DNA of 63,507 nucleotides, the filler included, from Octopus bimaculoides (lineage: Eukaryota): the NCBI RefSeq assembly GCF_001194135.2. It is 5 parts of 4 records of this genome, joined end to end, with 100 filler letters (N's around TTAATTAATTAA, not from the genome) between each part and the next. Parts side by side here need not be neighbours in the genome. Positions count along the whole stretch, not along the records: positions 1 to 27,689 come from NC_068990.1; 4 more parts are not named here. The stretch is one strand, 5' to 3'. This document shows, piece after piece, positions 1 to 13,809 of this stretch. Made by a program: the position numbers and the translations under genes. The notes beneath the pieces are model-generated. The model made no database searches and had not been told where the DNA came from. It worked only from the letters and a program-made list of their open reading frames with translations. Numbering within the stretch: position 1 is the stretch's first letter; each line of letters starts with the position of its first letter.

Positions 1-153
1 GTCCCAGTTCTTATCCAGTTGGAGGTCCGGACTGAACCAGACCCCGAGCAGTTTAACCGGTCCGTCCGTCCAGCGTCCCACTACGGAGTCACTGTTGGAC
101 GGTATGGGCTTGCTTCTCCAGGTGCCGAGTAACAAACCCACTGACTTTTCCGG
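1..153 (-). mobile_element. L1/Tx1-type LINE ORF2 fragment (C-terminal part of RT), 5'-truncated, continues beyond window start
   Basis: Open frame 153->1 reads PEKSVGLLLGTWRSKPIPSNSDSVVGRWTDGPVKLLGVWFSPDLQLDKNWD, matching the KS..LG.W ... KxLGVWF pattern at the end of L1/Tx1 RT domains. It stops abruptly at a (GATA)n array. Confidence 0.75.
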
Positions 154-370
<217 letters not shown>

Positions 371-414
371 ACAAATGATAGAGGCGGAAAATGGAATATA
401 TGAGAAACTTTATT

Positions 415-522
415 ATTCACAACGATCGTTTCGACCTATCCTGCATAGATACCCTGCGGGTAGAAAAATGTGCGACCATTTGTGGCACATCCTTCAGCGC
501 AGACGCGTCTCGTCAGCTGATT
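415..522 (-). ncRNA. Degenerate hammerhead-like motif with ~70-nt insertion in stem II
   Basis: Minus strand: CTGACGA (516-510), GAC...GTC closing stem II, GAAA (432-429), palindromic ACGATCGT, GUU triplet. The first stem I pair is a G-G mismatch. Confidence 0.4.
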
Positions 523-1000
523 TTATAAGCGGTACCTCGTTAAATAAGTTATGTTTTGTTCGGTTTTAATACAGCATGTTGTTAGTGACCGTAGGTTGAT
601 GCCGTTGGGCTTCAATATATGTACGTATGTATGTATGCATGCATGTTTTCTTTCGGATTTAAGTTCTCCATCATGAAGTTCAAGCTAGTCGCTAACAAGG
701 TTGAGCTACGAAGTTCCCGGTGTTTGTACATATACTCGTGAGTTAGTACGTGTGCACATATCTGGATATATAAACCTGCATTTGTGTTCTACATGAACAT
801 GTTGTTTAGAACGTCGATACTTGAGTGTGTGCATGCGTGTATGTTTGTGTGCATATTTATTTTTCAAAGTTATTTCTTCGCAGAGTCACAAATTGAACCC
901 GAGTCTCGGGATATATTCATATAAAGAATCTCTGATTTGTGTCCCATAAATAGGTGGGATTTGGTAGAAACATGTGCATGAATGTATGTACGCATGTATG

Positions 1001-1031
<31 letters not shown>

Positions 1032-1045
1032 GTATGTATGTATGT

Positions 1046-1204
1046 GTGGTACGAAGCTTGCTTCTCAACCACTTAGTTCCAGATTCAGTCCCACTGAGTG
1101 ACACCTTGGGCAAGTGTTTTCTACTATGGCTTCGGGCCAACCAAAGCCTTGTGAGTAGATTTGGTAGACGGAAACAGAAAGAAGCCTGTTGTAGATATAT
1201 ATAA

Positions 1205-1237
<33 letters not shown>

Positions 1238-1465
1238 CGTGTGTGTGTTTGTATTTATGTGTGTCTGTGTTTTCCCCTGCCATCGCTTGACAACCGATGC
1301 TGGTGTGTTTATTTCCCCGTAACTTAGTGGCTCAGCAAATGAGCACGATAGAATAAGTACTAGGCTTACAAAGAATAAGTCCCGGGGTTGATTTGTTTAA
1401 CTAAAACCCTTTAAGGTAGTGCTCCAGCATGGCCGCAGTGAAATGACTGAAACAAGTAAAAGAAT
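1046..1465 (+). mobile_element. tRNA-head SINE, family A (bipartite, internal TA/TG microsatellite)
   Basis: Homologous to copies at 14418, 25668, 26400, 56003 and 59478 (shared CCTTGGGCAAGTG...GATTTGGTAGACGGAAAC and CATCGCTTGACAACCGATG...CCAGCATGGCCGCAG blocks). Confidence 0.85.
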
Positions 1466-1967
1466 ATATATATATTTGAAGATAAGCAACAAAAATTCAA
1501 TAGGTTATAGCAGTACGTACGTTTCGTACAAGCTCCATTTATTCATGTAGTGAGAACACCACAGATTGTACAATGAAAATTTACTCCTCAGCTGCATAAT
1601 GGAATTTCATTTTAGAAAGACATTTTGAAGATGTTTGCAAAAAACAAGAGTAAGAGAAGAAAACATACCATCTCGACTATGCTGCTGTTCAACAGATTAG
1701 TGAATCAAACAAGAATATNNNNNNNNNNNNNNNNNNNNNNNNNNNNNNNNNNNNNNNNNNNNNNNNNNNNNNNNNNNNNNNNNNNNNNNNNNNNNNNNNN
1801 NNNNNNNNNNNNNNNNNNNNNNNNNNNNNNNNNNNNNNNNNNNNNNNNNNNNNNNNNNNNNNNNNNNNNNNNNNNNNNNNNNNNNNNNNNNNNNNNNNNN
1901 NNNNNNNNNNNNNNNNNNNNNNNNNNNNNNNNNNNNNNNNNNNNNNNNNNNNNNNNNNNNNNNNNNN

Positions 1968-2027
<60 letters not shown>

Positions 2028-2524
2028 TGTGTCTGTGTCTGTGTGATACTGCATTTATTTAGAGGCACTTCAGCACTTTGTATTTCGATTCAGAAGCTTG
2101 CCAATGCCAAAGTCATGTATCTCTGACTTGCTAATGAATGAATTACCGTGAATCACTCAACCCGATTTAACTGACTACCCAACTGCATTCCACTCTGTGG
2201 CCTTCTGACAACTCTGCGAATTGCTTTGAAGAGCAGAATCGGTAATCTAACAGAGTATTGTAGCATTTAAATAGAATGACTAACGCCATTACGTCTCTTT
2301 AACTCCCCTTCTGGTTATTTTCGCTTGCATCTTGCCGGGCTGGAATAACTAAGTACAAGTTGTATGCTAGGGGAGATGTTAATCTAGAACATTGCTCCAC
2401 ATTTTTTCACTTGCGGTACACTTATATTCTTTTCAAAATTGGCGTCACACCTGACTAAAAATACAACTAAAAGTACAGGGAAAAAATTATATTCAGGTTA
2501 TACTGCAGCACACCTAGTATCGTG

Positions 2525-2571
2525 AAGTGGCACACCAGTGTGCCACGGCATACCGGTCGCGGAGCACTGAT
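2525..2571 (+). mobile_element. Probable hAT-type MITE end
   Basis: Palindromic GTGGCACACCAGTGTGCCAC followed by CCGGT...CACTG, a typical hAT-MITE terminus. The other end was not found. Confidence 0.35.
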
Positions 2572-4297
2572 CTAGAACACTCCTTTGTACAAGCGTATGA
2601 CTTCGGAGCATGCGTAGACAGTTGCTATAGAATACAAAATTGTATTGACTTGGAGCCTAAAAACATGAATATGTGTTTAACAGCCATATTTTTTCATGTT
2701 TCGTTTTCTGTTTATTGAATATATTACTAACTGCACTCTAAGACTCGCTGCTGGTTAACGAGCGTGAAATCTTAGAATTAGCAATGAAATTAGGAAGGCT
2801 TATTTTTAAATAATTTAATCACTTTTTTCATACTTGCACTTAAATTTTTCTAATACTTGCACTTTGTGCATTGTACGTGTGAGTGTGTGTGTGTGTGTGT
2901 GTATGTGCGTGAGCGCGTACGTGCGTAGTGTTTGCGTGTATGTGTCTATGAGCGTGTGTGAGTGTGCTCACGCACGTATGTGGGTGTGTGGTGGTTTTTT
3001 TTTGAGCGTTTTTTCGATTAAGCGTGGCTTTTAAAAATCTCCTCTAACTTTAATTTTTAAACGATCTTCTCTTCAACAGCAGAGATTCAGAACGTGCATA
3101 TATATATATATATTTTTTTTTTAATGTTTCTTCTTTTTTAATCAGATACTAATTTAGTGTAATTACAGTCACTTTTATATTTTNNNNNNNNNNNNNNNNN
3201 NNNNNNNNNNNNNNNNNNNNNNNNNNNNNNNNNNNNNNNNNNNNNNNNNNNNNNNNNNNNNNNNNNNNNNNNNNNNNNNNNNNNNNNNNNNNNNNNNNNN
3301 NNNNNNNNNNNNNNNNNNNNNNNNNNNNNNNNNNNNNNNNNNNNNNNNNNNNNNNNNNNNNNNNNNNNNNNNNNNNNNNNNNNNNNNNNNNNNNNNNNNN
3401 NNNNNNNNNNNNNNNNNNNNNNNNNNNNNNNNNNNNNNNNNNNNNNNNNNNNNNNNNNNNNNNNNNNNNNNNNNNNNNNNNNNNNNNNNNNNNNNNNNNN
3501 NNNNNNNNNNNNNNNNNNNNNNNNNNNNNNNNNNNNNNNNNNNNNNNNNNNNNNNNNNNNNNNNNNNNNNNNNNNNNNNNNNNNNNNNNNNNNNNNNNNN
3601 NNNNNNNNNNNNNNNNNNNNNNNNNNNNNNNNNNNNNNNNNNNNNNNNNNNNNNNNNNNNNNNNNNNNNNNNNNNNNNNNNNNNNNNNNNNNNNNNNNNN
3701 NNNNNNNNNNNNNNNNNNNNNNNNNNNNNNNNNNNNNNNNNNNNNNNNNNNNNNNNNNNNNNNNNNNNNNNNNNNNNNNNNNNNNNNNNNNNNNNNNNNN
3801 NNNNNNNNNNNNNNNNNNNNNNNNNNNNNNNNNNNNNNNNNNNNNNNNNNNNNNNNNNNNNNNNNNNNNNNNNNNNNNNNNNNNNNNNNNNNNNNNNNNN
3901 NNNNNNNNNNNNNNNNNNNNNNNNNNNNNNNNNNNNNNNNNNNNNNNNNNNNNNNNNNNNNNNNNNNNNNNNNNNNNNNNNNNNNNNNNNNNNNNNNNNN
4001 NNNNNNNNNNNNNNNNNNNNNNNNNNNNNNNNNNNNNNNNNNNNCCTTCATAGTTTCCACTTCTCTCGAAAGTTTTTTCCATAATTGTTATGACTTTCTG
4101 CCTTTTCCACTTGACTCAACAAGCGCTGCTCTGTAATTTTTTCAGAGTGAATGACATCAGATATGGAATTATATAATCATATTTCGGAACATAAAAACTC
4201 ATCGTATGAAATATATTTTACTGTAATAAGGACAAAAAATATTTGGTGAGGTGATGATATAGTTGGCTTCATCTAGACCGTAATATTATTGATATAT

Positions 4298-4338
4298 AAG
4301 GCGGTGAGCTGGCAGAAACGTTAGCACGCCGGGCGAAA
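4298..4338 (+). mobile_element. SINE family B head only
   Basis: AAGGCGGTGAGCTGGCAGAAACGTTAGCACGCCGGGCGAAA, nearly identical to the head of the copy at 22068. Confidence 0.8.
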
Positions 4339-5504
4339 GAGTCGCGTTTTTTTTTTTTTTGTGACAAAGTTATTCAATAAGATTAGTTTAATCGTTGAGG
4401 GTCTCCCGTAAGGGTGAACCTATTCTTGAAGCATTATTGTTGATTTTTTGAATTATTTGTTACTGTTTTTGCCAGTGTATCATATTTGTTTTTCTTCCAA
4501 TTATGGGTGAAGTAGGAGAAAGAATGGAGAAAGAACCGTTTCCAGCCAGCATTTATTTATGTGGCAGACACTGGAAGGAGTTTAACATTTGATTCATTTG
4601 ATTTAGTTTTCTTAATACTTGATTTTGAAATTATGCATAGTACTTACCTGTTTAACTCTATCTTAACGCTTCTAAATACAAGCAACCTAATTATCGACCC
4701 ACTGTTTTAAGTATATCGTACTGTCGACGTCAAATATACCGAAACATTTGTCCAGAGACGCGTCTTCAGTGTCAATACAGATAAGATTGTTTCTTAAGAA
4801 GCAAGAGTGGCGAAATTTAATTTTAATATTTTGATATTGTAACTCCTTGTTTTTGTCGCTAATAATTTCTGATAGGATTAATTTTTTTTTATTCTCAGAC
4901 AGAATAATATTCTAATTAATTAGGAATTTGATGCATTCAGTGTGCAATACTTCACCGTTTAACACATACATGTTCACACACGCACATATACACACAGGAG
5001 AACATACACATATACATACACATACACATGCGCAGACCTACTATTAGTGCCACCTATAATACAGATCAGATCCTGCAATATATTTATAAATGTTTGATTT
5101 TGTGTCTATATGTGTGTGGAACACATTACTACCCTCCCTTATCTTCTGTTTATGTCTGCCATATTACTTCTATTTTTCTTTCTCTCTCTTGCCTCTCTTC
5201 ATTTCCCATTCATTCACCATTCCACCTTCTCATGTTCCACTATTTCTTCCTCCTCCTCCTCCTCCTCTTCATCCTACTCTGCTTTACTTATCTATTGTCT
5301 CATACTCCTCCCAACTCACTTTATCTCCGTGTGCTTTTACCTAACTGATCAAAAACTACCAACCATTTTTTTTTTACTTCGAATGCAATCAGATATTCTC
5401 TCCCTCTCTGTCTCTGTTTCGCTCTCTTTCTCCCCGCCTTTTTCTCTTTCTCTCTCTCTCTCTCTGTATATATATGTGTGTATATACATGTGCATCTCTT
5501 TATT

Positions 5505-5595
<91 letters not shown>

Positions 5596-5719
5596 CCGGT
5601 TTTTTGTTCTATGTGTGCCATAAATATCGCCATCCACTTTAGAGAAAAATTTGTAGTTTGGAATCAGTAGTTCTTTGACTGCTATTTCTAAATTTTCAGT
5701 ATGTTGGAGNNNNNNNNNN

Positions 5720-5772
<53 letters not shown>

Positions 5773-6162
5773 CATATATATATGCATATATATATGCCAA
5801 TATATATGCATGTATGTATGTACATATATATATGTGTGTGTGTGTGTATTTATATATATATATTACACATACCTACATACATTATGCTCATCTTGTTATA
5901 TCGTATTGTAGTAATGTACTCCTCTCCACATCACACACACGCATTCACAAAGAAACATGCACACGCACACACACACACACACACACACATACACACATAC
6001 AAACTCATACACCTATACCTACAACCCCTATGTATCACCAAGAGTATCTTCATATTTTCACAAATATAGAATATCAACTTCTCTTACCTTTCTGTCGTTT
6101 TCCATCTCTGTCTCTCTTTCTCTCGCTGCTCTTTCTTCACACTTTCTTCTTGCTCTTTTTTG

Positions 6163-6243
<81 letters not shown>

Positions 6244-6404
6244 TCTTTCTCTCTCTTTCTCGTGCTTTCCATTTCTCTCTAACTACTGTATCATTGATTT
6301 TTATCAATCACTAAATCAACTAAGTTTCCAATCAATCAATCAATTAATCTCCCTCCCCCACCCTTATTTCCATCTCTCACTCTCTCTCTTTCTCTCTCTC
6401 TCTT

Positions 6405-6451
<47 letters not shown>

Positions 6452-6703
6452 TNNNNNNNNNNNNNNNNNNNNNNNNNNNNNNNNNNNNNNNNNNNNNNNN
6501 NNNNNNNNNNNNNNNNNNNNNNNNNNNNNNNNNNNNNNNNNNNNNNNNNNNNNNNNNNNNNNNNNNNNNNNNNNNNNNNNNNNNNNNNNNNNNNNNNNNN
6601 NNNNNNNNNNNNNNNNNNNNNNNNNNNNNNNNNNNNNNNNNNNNNNNNNNNNNNNNNNNNNNNNNNNNNNNNNTCTCACTCTCTCTCTTTCTCTCTCTCT
6701 CTT

Positions 6704-6750
<47 letters not shown>

Positions 6751-6896
6751 TACTCATTCCATCACTCTCTTCTGCCTACGCACCATACACTAAGAAAAGC
6801 ATGCATTGCAGATAACTGCATATGTATATGTATGTATGTATGCATGCATGCATATATGTATGTACGTATGTATGCATGTGTGTGCGTATGTATGTG

Positions 6897-6932
<36 letters not shown>

Positions 6933-7749
6933 CACATGCATGAATGTCTGTGTATGCATGTATCCATGCATGTGTGTGTGTGTATATATATATGTATGTA
7001 TGTATGTGTGTGTATGTATGTGTGTGTATGTATGTGTGTGTGCACGTATGTCCACTCTGACGTATTAATCAAGATGTCCGTAGTCAAATTGTCAGATCTC
7101 TGTACCAGCCCATATTTTAATTTTATCTAAATATATGTGTATGCGCGCGTGTGTAGTTATGTGTGCATAGATGCACACACATGCATGTGTATGCGTGTGT
7201 GTGTGTGCTATAAGCATATATGTATGAGTACATACATATAGAAAATTACATGTTCATATATACACATATATGAATTAGTACATGCAAATAAACATGTGCG
7301 CATGGATGTTTATTTATGTATATCTATCAATACACACACACACACACATACACACACACATACACACACACACACACTTACACACACGTACTCATACGCC
7401 AATACATACCAGAAACAGAAATGAGTGTTTAAGATTTCACTTCGCAATCTTTAAGTCCTAAATTTGATTTAGGTACAGAGTGTTACAGGCTAATGCCTTT
7501 AAATATAGACTCGGCTGTACAAACTTCATCAGGAAAATTATGTGTAAGCCCGTCAGATGGACACTATCCACTATTTGAAGGCCTGGCTTGGTTATGTTTT
7601 ATGTCACGCTGCAGTATAAGCGCCCCTGAAATACTCAACTATTTCACGAATCATTTTTTCGCAGTTTACAACAACTACATGCACCTCTTCGGTTGAACCA
7701 TTATATCAATGGATGATCTATTATACATAAATAAACAAACACACACACA

Positions 7750-7789
<40 letters not shown>

Positions 7790-7793
7790 TATA

Positions 7794-7833
<40 letters not shown>

Positions 7834-7977
7834 NNNNNNNNNNNNNNNNNNNNNNNNNNNNNNNNNNNNNNNNNNNNNNNNNNNNNNNNNNNNNNNNNNN
7901 NNNNNNNNNNNNNNNNNNNNNNNNNNNNNNNNNNNNNNNNNNNNNNNNNNNNNNNNNNNNNNNNNNNNNNNNNNNNN

Positions 7978-8070
7978 TACCAAATCCACTCAAAAAGCTT
8001 TGGTCGGCTCGAGGCTAATAGTAGGAGACACTGGCCCAAGGTGCCACGGAAGCTCTGGTTCGTGGCCCTA
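7978..8070 (-). mobile_element. SINE family A fragment
   Basis: Reverse complement of the CCTTGGGCAAGTG...GAGTGGATTTGGTA block. Abuts an N gap. Confidence 0.7.
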
Positions 8071-8079
8071 CCTTCCAAA

Positions 8080-8224
8080 TTTTTTAGAGGGCTCAGTAAA
8101 ACTGAAGGACCACTGCAATAAGTGTATGAATCTGAGAGGGGAATATGTTGAATAAAATCATAATTAACTGTTCTTCCTATATTTTCTTTTACCTAAAGCC
8201 AGGGACTTTTTAACACCCGCCTCA
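8080..8224 (+). mobile_element. Mariner-type transposon 3' remnant
   Basis: Translation KLKDHCNKCMNLRGEYVE* resembles the mariner transposase C-terminus (KL..RW.KC...G.YVE), followed by a TIR-like GACTTTTTAACACCCGCCTC. Confidence 0.65.
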
Positions 8225-8282
8225 TAGAGATAGATCGATCGATCGATAGATAGATAGAAAGATAGATAGATTAGTAGATAAG

Positions 8283-8324
<42 letters not shown>

Positions 8325-8629
8325 CAAACACATATGCATCTGCGTGTACGTGTGGGACTCTGCAGTTGTGTTTGCATGCGCATGCTTGTGAACATATGCA
8401 TTTGTGTGTCTGTAATTGTCCGTCTAAATATGTTTATATTTTTTAATGTCAATCATTAGACTACAGTGATGGTAGGGTGTCACCTTGAACTGTTTTACAT
8501 GCACAAATCGACTCCAGTACTGAATTTTTAATCTGGTTCTTATACTAGCAGTGCCTTTTGCTTGACTATTAATTTGCGGGCGCGTAAACAAAATCAGCAC
8601 TGATTATCCAACGATAGGAAAAAGCAGAC

Positions 8630-8666
<37 letters not shown>

Positions 8667-9154
8667 CACGCACGCGCGTGCACACACACATACACATGTA
8701 GGATGGGTTTTCACACAGCTTCCCTCAACCAAATTTACTCACAAGTTATTGGTCGGCCTAGGGTTATAATAGACATCTTCCTAAACAGAAGTGAAACTGA
8801 ATCCACGTGGTTGCTTTTTCATCTCGCAGCCATGCTTTGCACCTCCTGTTCTATATATTAAATCATCTCAGCTTATTTTTAACTCGTTGGACTCTTTGAA
8901 TTATCAGTCTCTCTCTTCCTCTCTCTCTCTCCCACTCTCTCTCACTTGATGTATACAGTATATACATTGTGTGTGAGTGTGTGTGTGTATGTGTGTGTTT
9001 TGGTAGAGTATTATCAAAATAGAAGAAAATGGAACGTAGGGGAAAATAGTAATGTAGTACCAGAAAACATAAGGATACACTCATTCATTAACACCCCCTC
9101 ACACCCACACACGCAACATATACACTCACGGATACATACTCACACTCACATACA

Positions 9155-9204
<50 letters not shown>

Positions 9205-10202
9205 NNNNNNNNNNNNNNNNNNNNNNNNNNNNNNNNNNNNNNNNNNNNNNNNNNNNNNNNNNNNNNNNNNNNNNNNNNNNNNNNNNNNNNNNNNNNNNNN
9301 NNNNNNNNNNNNNNNNNNNNNNNNNNNNNNNNNNNNNNNNNNNNNNNNNNNNNNNNNNNNNNNNNNNNNNNNNNNNNNNNNNNNNNNNNNNNNNNNNNNN
9401 NNNNNNNNNNNNNNNNNNNNNNNNNNNNNNNNNNNNNNNNNNNNNNNNNNNNNNNNNNNNNNNNNNNNNNNNNNNNNNNNNNNNNNNNNNNNNNNNNNNN
9501 NNNNNNNNNNNNNNNNNNNNNNNNNNNNNNNNNNNNNNNNNNNNNNNNNNNNNNNNNNNNNNNNNNNNNNNNNNNNNNNNNNNNNNNNNNNNNNNNNNNN
9601 NNNNNNNNNNNNNNNNNNNNNNNNNNNNNNNNNNNNNNNNNNNNNNNNNNNNNNNNNNNNNNNNNNNNNNNNNNNNNNNNNNNNNNNNNNNNNNNNNNNN
9701 NNNNNNNNNNNNNNNNNNNNNNNNNNNNNNNNNNNNNNNNNNNNNNNNNNNNNNNNNNNNNNNNNNNNNNNNNNNNNNNNNNNNNNNNNNNNNNNNNNNN
9801 NNNNNNNNNNNNNNNNNNNNNNNNNNNNNNNNNNNNNNNNNNNNNNNNNNNNNNNNNNNNNNNNNNNNNNNNNNNNNNNNNNNNNNNNNNNNNNNNNNNN
9901 NNNNNNNNNNNNNNNNNNNNNNNNNNNNNNNNNNNNNNNNNNNNNNNNNNNNNNNNNNNNNNNNNNNNNNNNNNNNNNNNNNNNNNNNNNNNNNNNNNNN
10001 NNNNNNNNNNNNNNNNNNNNNNNNNNNNNNNNNNNNNNNNNNNNNNNNNNNNNNNNNNNNNNNNNNNNNNNNNNNNNNNNNNNNNNNNNNNNNNNNNNNN
10101 NNNNNNNNNNNNNNNNNNNNNNNNNNNNNNNNNNNNNNNNNNNNNNNNNNNNNNNNNNNNNNNNNNNNNNNNNNNNNNNNNNNNNNNNNNNNNNNNNNNN
10201 NN

Positions 10203-10246
<44 letters not shown>

Positions 10247-10660
10247 GCATATATACTCACAATGGTGCATGCATACACACACATGCATGCATAGACTTGC
10301 AGTTACGCACATGCATACATACAGTGGAGAGCGAGCTTGATGTTGTCAGTGATAAAGTTACTGATGGTTCCTGCAAAAGACCGGAGAAATTCATTTGATT
10401 AAAATTTTGGGGGTAACGACTTTACTTATAATAGCATTGGCCTCCCCATTTAGCTTCCATGGTGTGTGCCTATGTATATGAATACATATATATGTATGTA
10501 TGTATGTATGTATGTGTGTATATGTTTGTATAAAAGTATGACACTAAGTATTAGTATTTTCGGTCGATAACTCATGAAGAATTAGGGTCTTGTCTTTCCT
10601 ATGTGTACGTTTCGTAGCATTTAATGCATCTTTCATTTATATATATATATATATATATAG

Positions 10661-10770
<110 letters not shown>

Positions 10771-12536
10771 ATGTATGTATGTGAGACATAAATCCAGTGA
10801 TTAAAATAAACACCATAGTTTGTTGATATTGAAATCCCGTCTTTAGATTTACACTGATAAAACGATATCTACTTAAAATCCTAGTCTGGAGGTTTGCTGG
10901 TGGTTGTGGTGGCGGTAGTCGTGTGAATGGAAATAGTGATGGCGCGGGTGTGTTAGGGGCAGAATCAGAGGGTATATAATGGTGGTGTTTGCAGTAGGGT
11001 GGCATCGAAGTGTAGCAGTTATGATAGTGGATAGAAAGTGGTGGTAGTGGTGACGGTGGCGGTAGTGATAGTAATGTTCTTGTTGTTCGTGGTGGTGGTG
11101 GTGGTGGTGGTGGTGGTGTTGGTGGTCGTGTTGGTGGTAGTGGTAGTTGCGATTATTGTGATGGTGAGACTAATCGTGGTAGTTTAGTGATACCTCTAGA
11201 CCGGTTTCGATCTTATTGGCTTTCTAAGCAATGTATGATTGTTATAATAGCGCCAGAGAATACTAGAAACACACAGACGCCCATATATACTTGTATATAC
11301 ACAAGTGTTTATATATATATATGTATATATACCTATCTATCTATATATCCATATCTACATATATANNNNNNNNNNNNNNNNNNNNNNNNNNNNNNNNNNN
11401 NNNNNNNNNNNNNNNNNNNNNNNNNNNNNNNNNNNNNNNNNNNNNNNNNNNNNNNNNNNNNNNNNNNNNNNNNNNNNNNNNNNNNNNNNNNNNNNNNNNN
11501 NNNNNNNNNNNNNNNNNNNNNNNNNNNNNNNNNNNNNNNNNNNNNNNNNNNNNNNNNNNNNNNNNNNNNNNNNNNNNNNNNNNNNNNNNNNNNNNNNNNN
11601 NNNNNNNNNNNNNNNNNNNNNTATATATATATATATATATCATCCAAGGCTACCAGAGTTTACATTGACACTTATCACTATGAATGTTGATTCTGTAGCT
11701 GAAATACATAACGAAATTACCTAACTATTGCTTAGTATCTATGTGGAAGAATTTATTGAGAATAGATAATATGTTGCTGCATAAAAACTTATATATTACG
11801 GCAGTATCAGCACCAAGTAGTTTTTAGGCATAAGCGAAACTTTACATTGGTTAAAATATGTTTGACATATTTCAACTTTTAAAGGAAAATTCACACCATT
11901 TACCGTGGAGAAAAATATTCTCTCTTTTGGTAAAACGATGTAAAAACACCATATCTGTCCAGTGCTGCTCCATGTCGGATTTCCAGACGCAGTTCTAGCT
12001 CTTTAGCCGTTATCAATGAGAAATACTGAAGCGCGGCAACTCTGGATGGACTTATTTAAAGCACTAGCTTTGACTAAAACACAGTCAACAAAATTGGCTG
12101 AAGTATTACAATGTTACGTTCTTTGATAATCTCCCTTGAAAACACATCGTTTCCACGTAACCTATGGTGGCGTTACTGTTTAGAGACAGTGTTGATGATG
12201 ACGATGGTCGAGATAAGTATGGGAGGAGGATAAAATAGTATCAGTGGTTATAATAGTGACAGGAGCGGCGTGATGTGTGATGCTGAGGTGATGGTGGTAA
12301 TAGTGGTGTTGATGATAGTGTTAGTTGTGTGATGGTCGTATTGCAGTGGTTATACTGGTTGTGGTGGTGAAATTGACTGTCAAGGTAACCATTATGATAA
12401 CATTGATGGCGGTGTATGTGGTTGAAGTGGAAGCAATGACAATACTGCTGATGATGTTGATGGTTGTGAACTGTTTCAGATGATTCCTGTTTTTAAAGGG
12501 TTTTCTTTCTTAAAACCATATGACTGTGTTATTTTT

Positions 12537-12826
12537 TTAGCCCCCACCCAAGGAGGTTATGTTTTTGCCGGCGTTGAAATTGAGCTCTTGGAGTGAGAGC
12601 ACAACCCCTTAATTCATGCACTATAATTGATCACAATATCCCTGAATTCGGAATAATGTGGTTCCGAAGTGAAATTCTTTATCACACAATCAAGCCAGCA
12701 ATATGTACGTTCGTTGTCAAATTCTTTACGGTCGGAGCTGAAACCCAGAGATTTTCAGCATGCGTGTATATGGGTGGAAATGAGATGCTTGGCGGAGGTT
12801 TGCGCTCTCCGAGTGCTTTTCTAGTT
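12537..12826 (+). mobile_element. Non-autonomous Helentron/HINE-type element
   Basis: Degenerate 5' subTIR/hairpin CCCCCACCCAAGGAGG, 3' subTIR CTTGGCGGAGG (12788-12798), 3' hairpin GCGCTCTCCGAGTGC and terminal CTAGTT in a T-rich site. Confidence 0.6.
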
Positions 12827-13767
12827 TGATATAGATTATGCACGCGTTTATTATATTATTATATTATTATATTATATTATATTGTTATATTACCATTTAA
12901 AAAATAAATTATAATCGCTCAATTGATTTAATTGGAATGACTTTTTTCACACGATACATATATTTTTTTCTGTGTTCTAGCGTATTTAGAAATTGAATTT
13001 CGTCCCTTTTATTTTGATCGACTTTTGTTCTGTGTCCATTTTTGCTTTATTTTTCTTTTTTCTTTTATTCCCTCGCAAAATTCACTACTAATAATTTTAG
13101 ATCTCTATCAAATTTCTCTATCTATTGCATGTTTCCTAATCGCTTCTCTTCTATTTTTTAAACTTGTTTATCCATATTTAATACAAATTGTCAAATGTAA
13201 CAAATAATATCTTCTCAGTTAGCTTTTGTCTCCTCTTTTCAAGTTTTCCACTCTCTTCCTCTCTTCCTCTCTTCCTCTCTTTTTTTTCTGTGTTTTTTCC
13301 CTTCTCCCCTGTCATGAACCCCTCATCCCCCCTTCTTTATATAGTAAGGTTATTTATTTATTTATTCACTTTTTTACTTGTTATCGTATTCATTGCTTAC
13401 TTGTTTTAGCGCGACTCCCATTCTCCTTTGTCTTGAAATTTAATTATAATTTTTAATATTTGATATATCTTCTTAAAAATCTTCATTTCTAAAAGAGATT
13501 TTTTTACTTCACTGTAATTACACTTATTACACTTATTTCAATGGATATTGGAGATTTATGTATTTCAGTTTTTAATTTAATTTCAACTCGTTTTTTTTTT
13601 AATGCTTATATTTTTTCGTCAATGGACAATCCTTTTCATCCAACAGATTGCCGTTGTTTCGGAAGGTATACATTCCCTTTACAATTAGCTTTAAATGTTC
13701 ATTTGAGGAGTCGCACAATAATGATTACTGCACTGTTTATAAAATATATTGCTAGAAAAGAGATCAC

Positions 13768-13809
13768 AGCTGTCTGATGATCGGTTACGTGAAACTCGGA
13801 GTAACAGTT
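13768..13809 (+). ncRNA. Minimal type-I hammerhead ribozyme, intact core
   Basis: AGCTGT-CTGATGA-TCGGTTACGT-GAAA-CTCGGAG-TA-ACAGTT: 6-bp stem I (one G.U), exact CUGAUGA and GAAA, stem III ACTC/GAGT, GUA triplet with predicted cleavage after 13803. Confidence 0.75.

Noticed and set aside
4641-4650. TACTTACCTG resembling the U1 snRNA 5' end
   Set aside because: The downstream sequence does not continue as U1. It is better read as a minus-strand splice donor.
4715-4757. Hammerhead-like CTGTCGA...GAAA-CATTTG-TC
   Set aside because: No stem I can form and stem II is poor. At most a very old relic.
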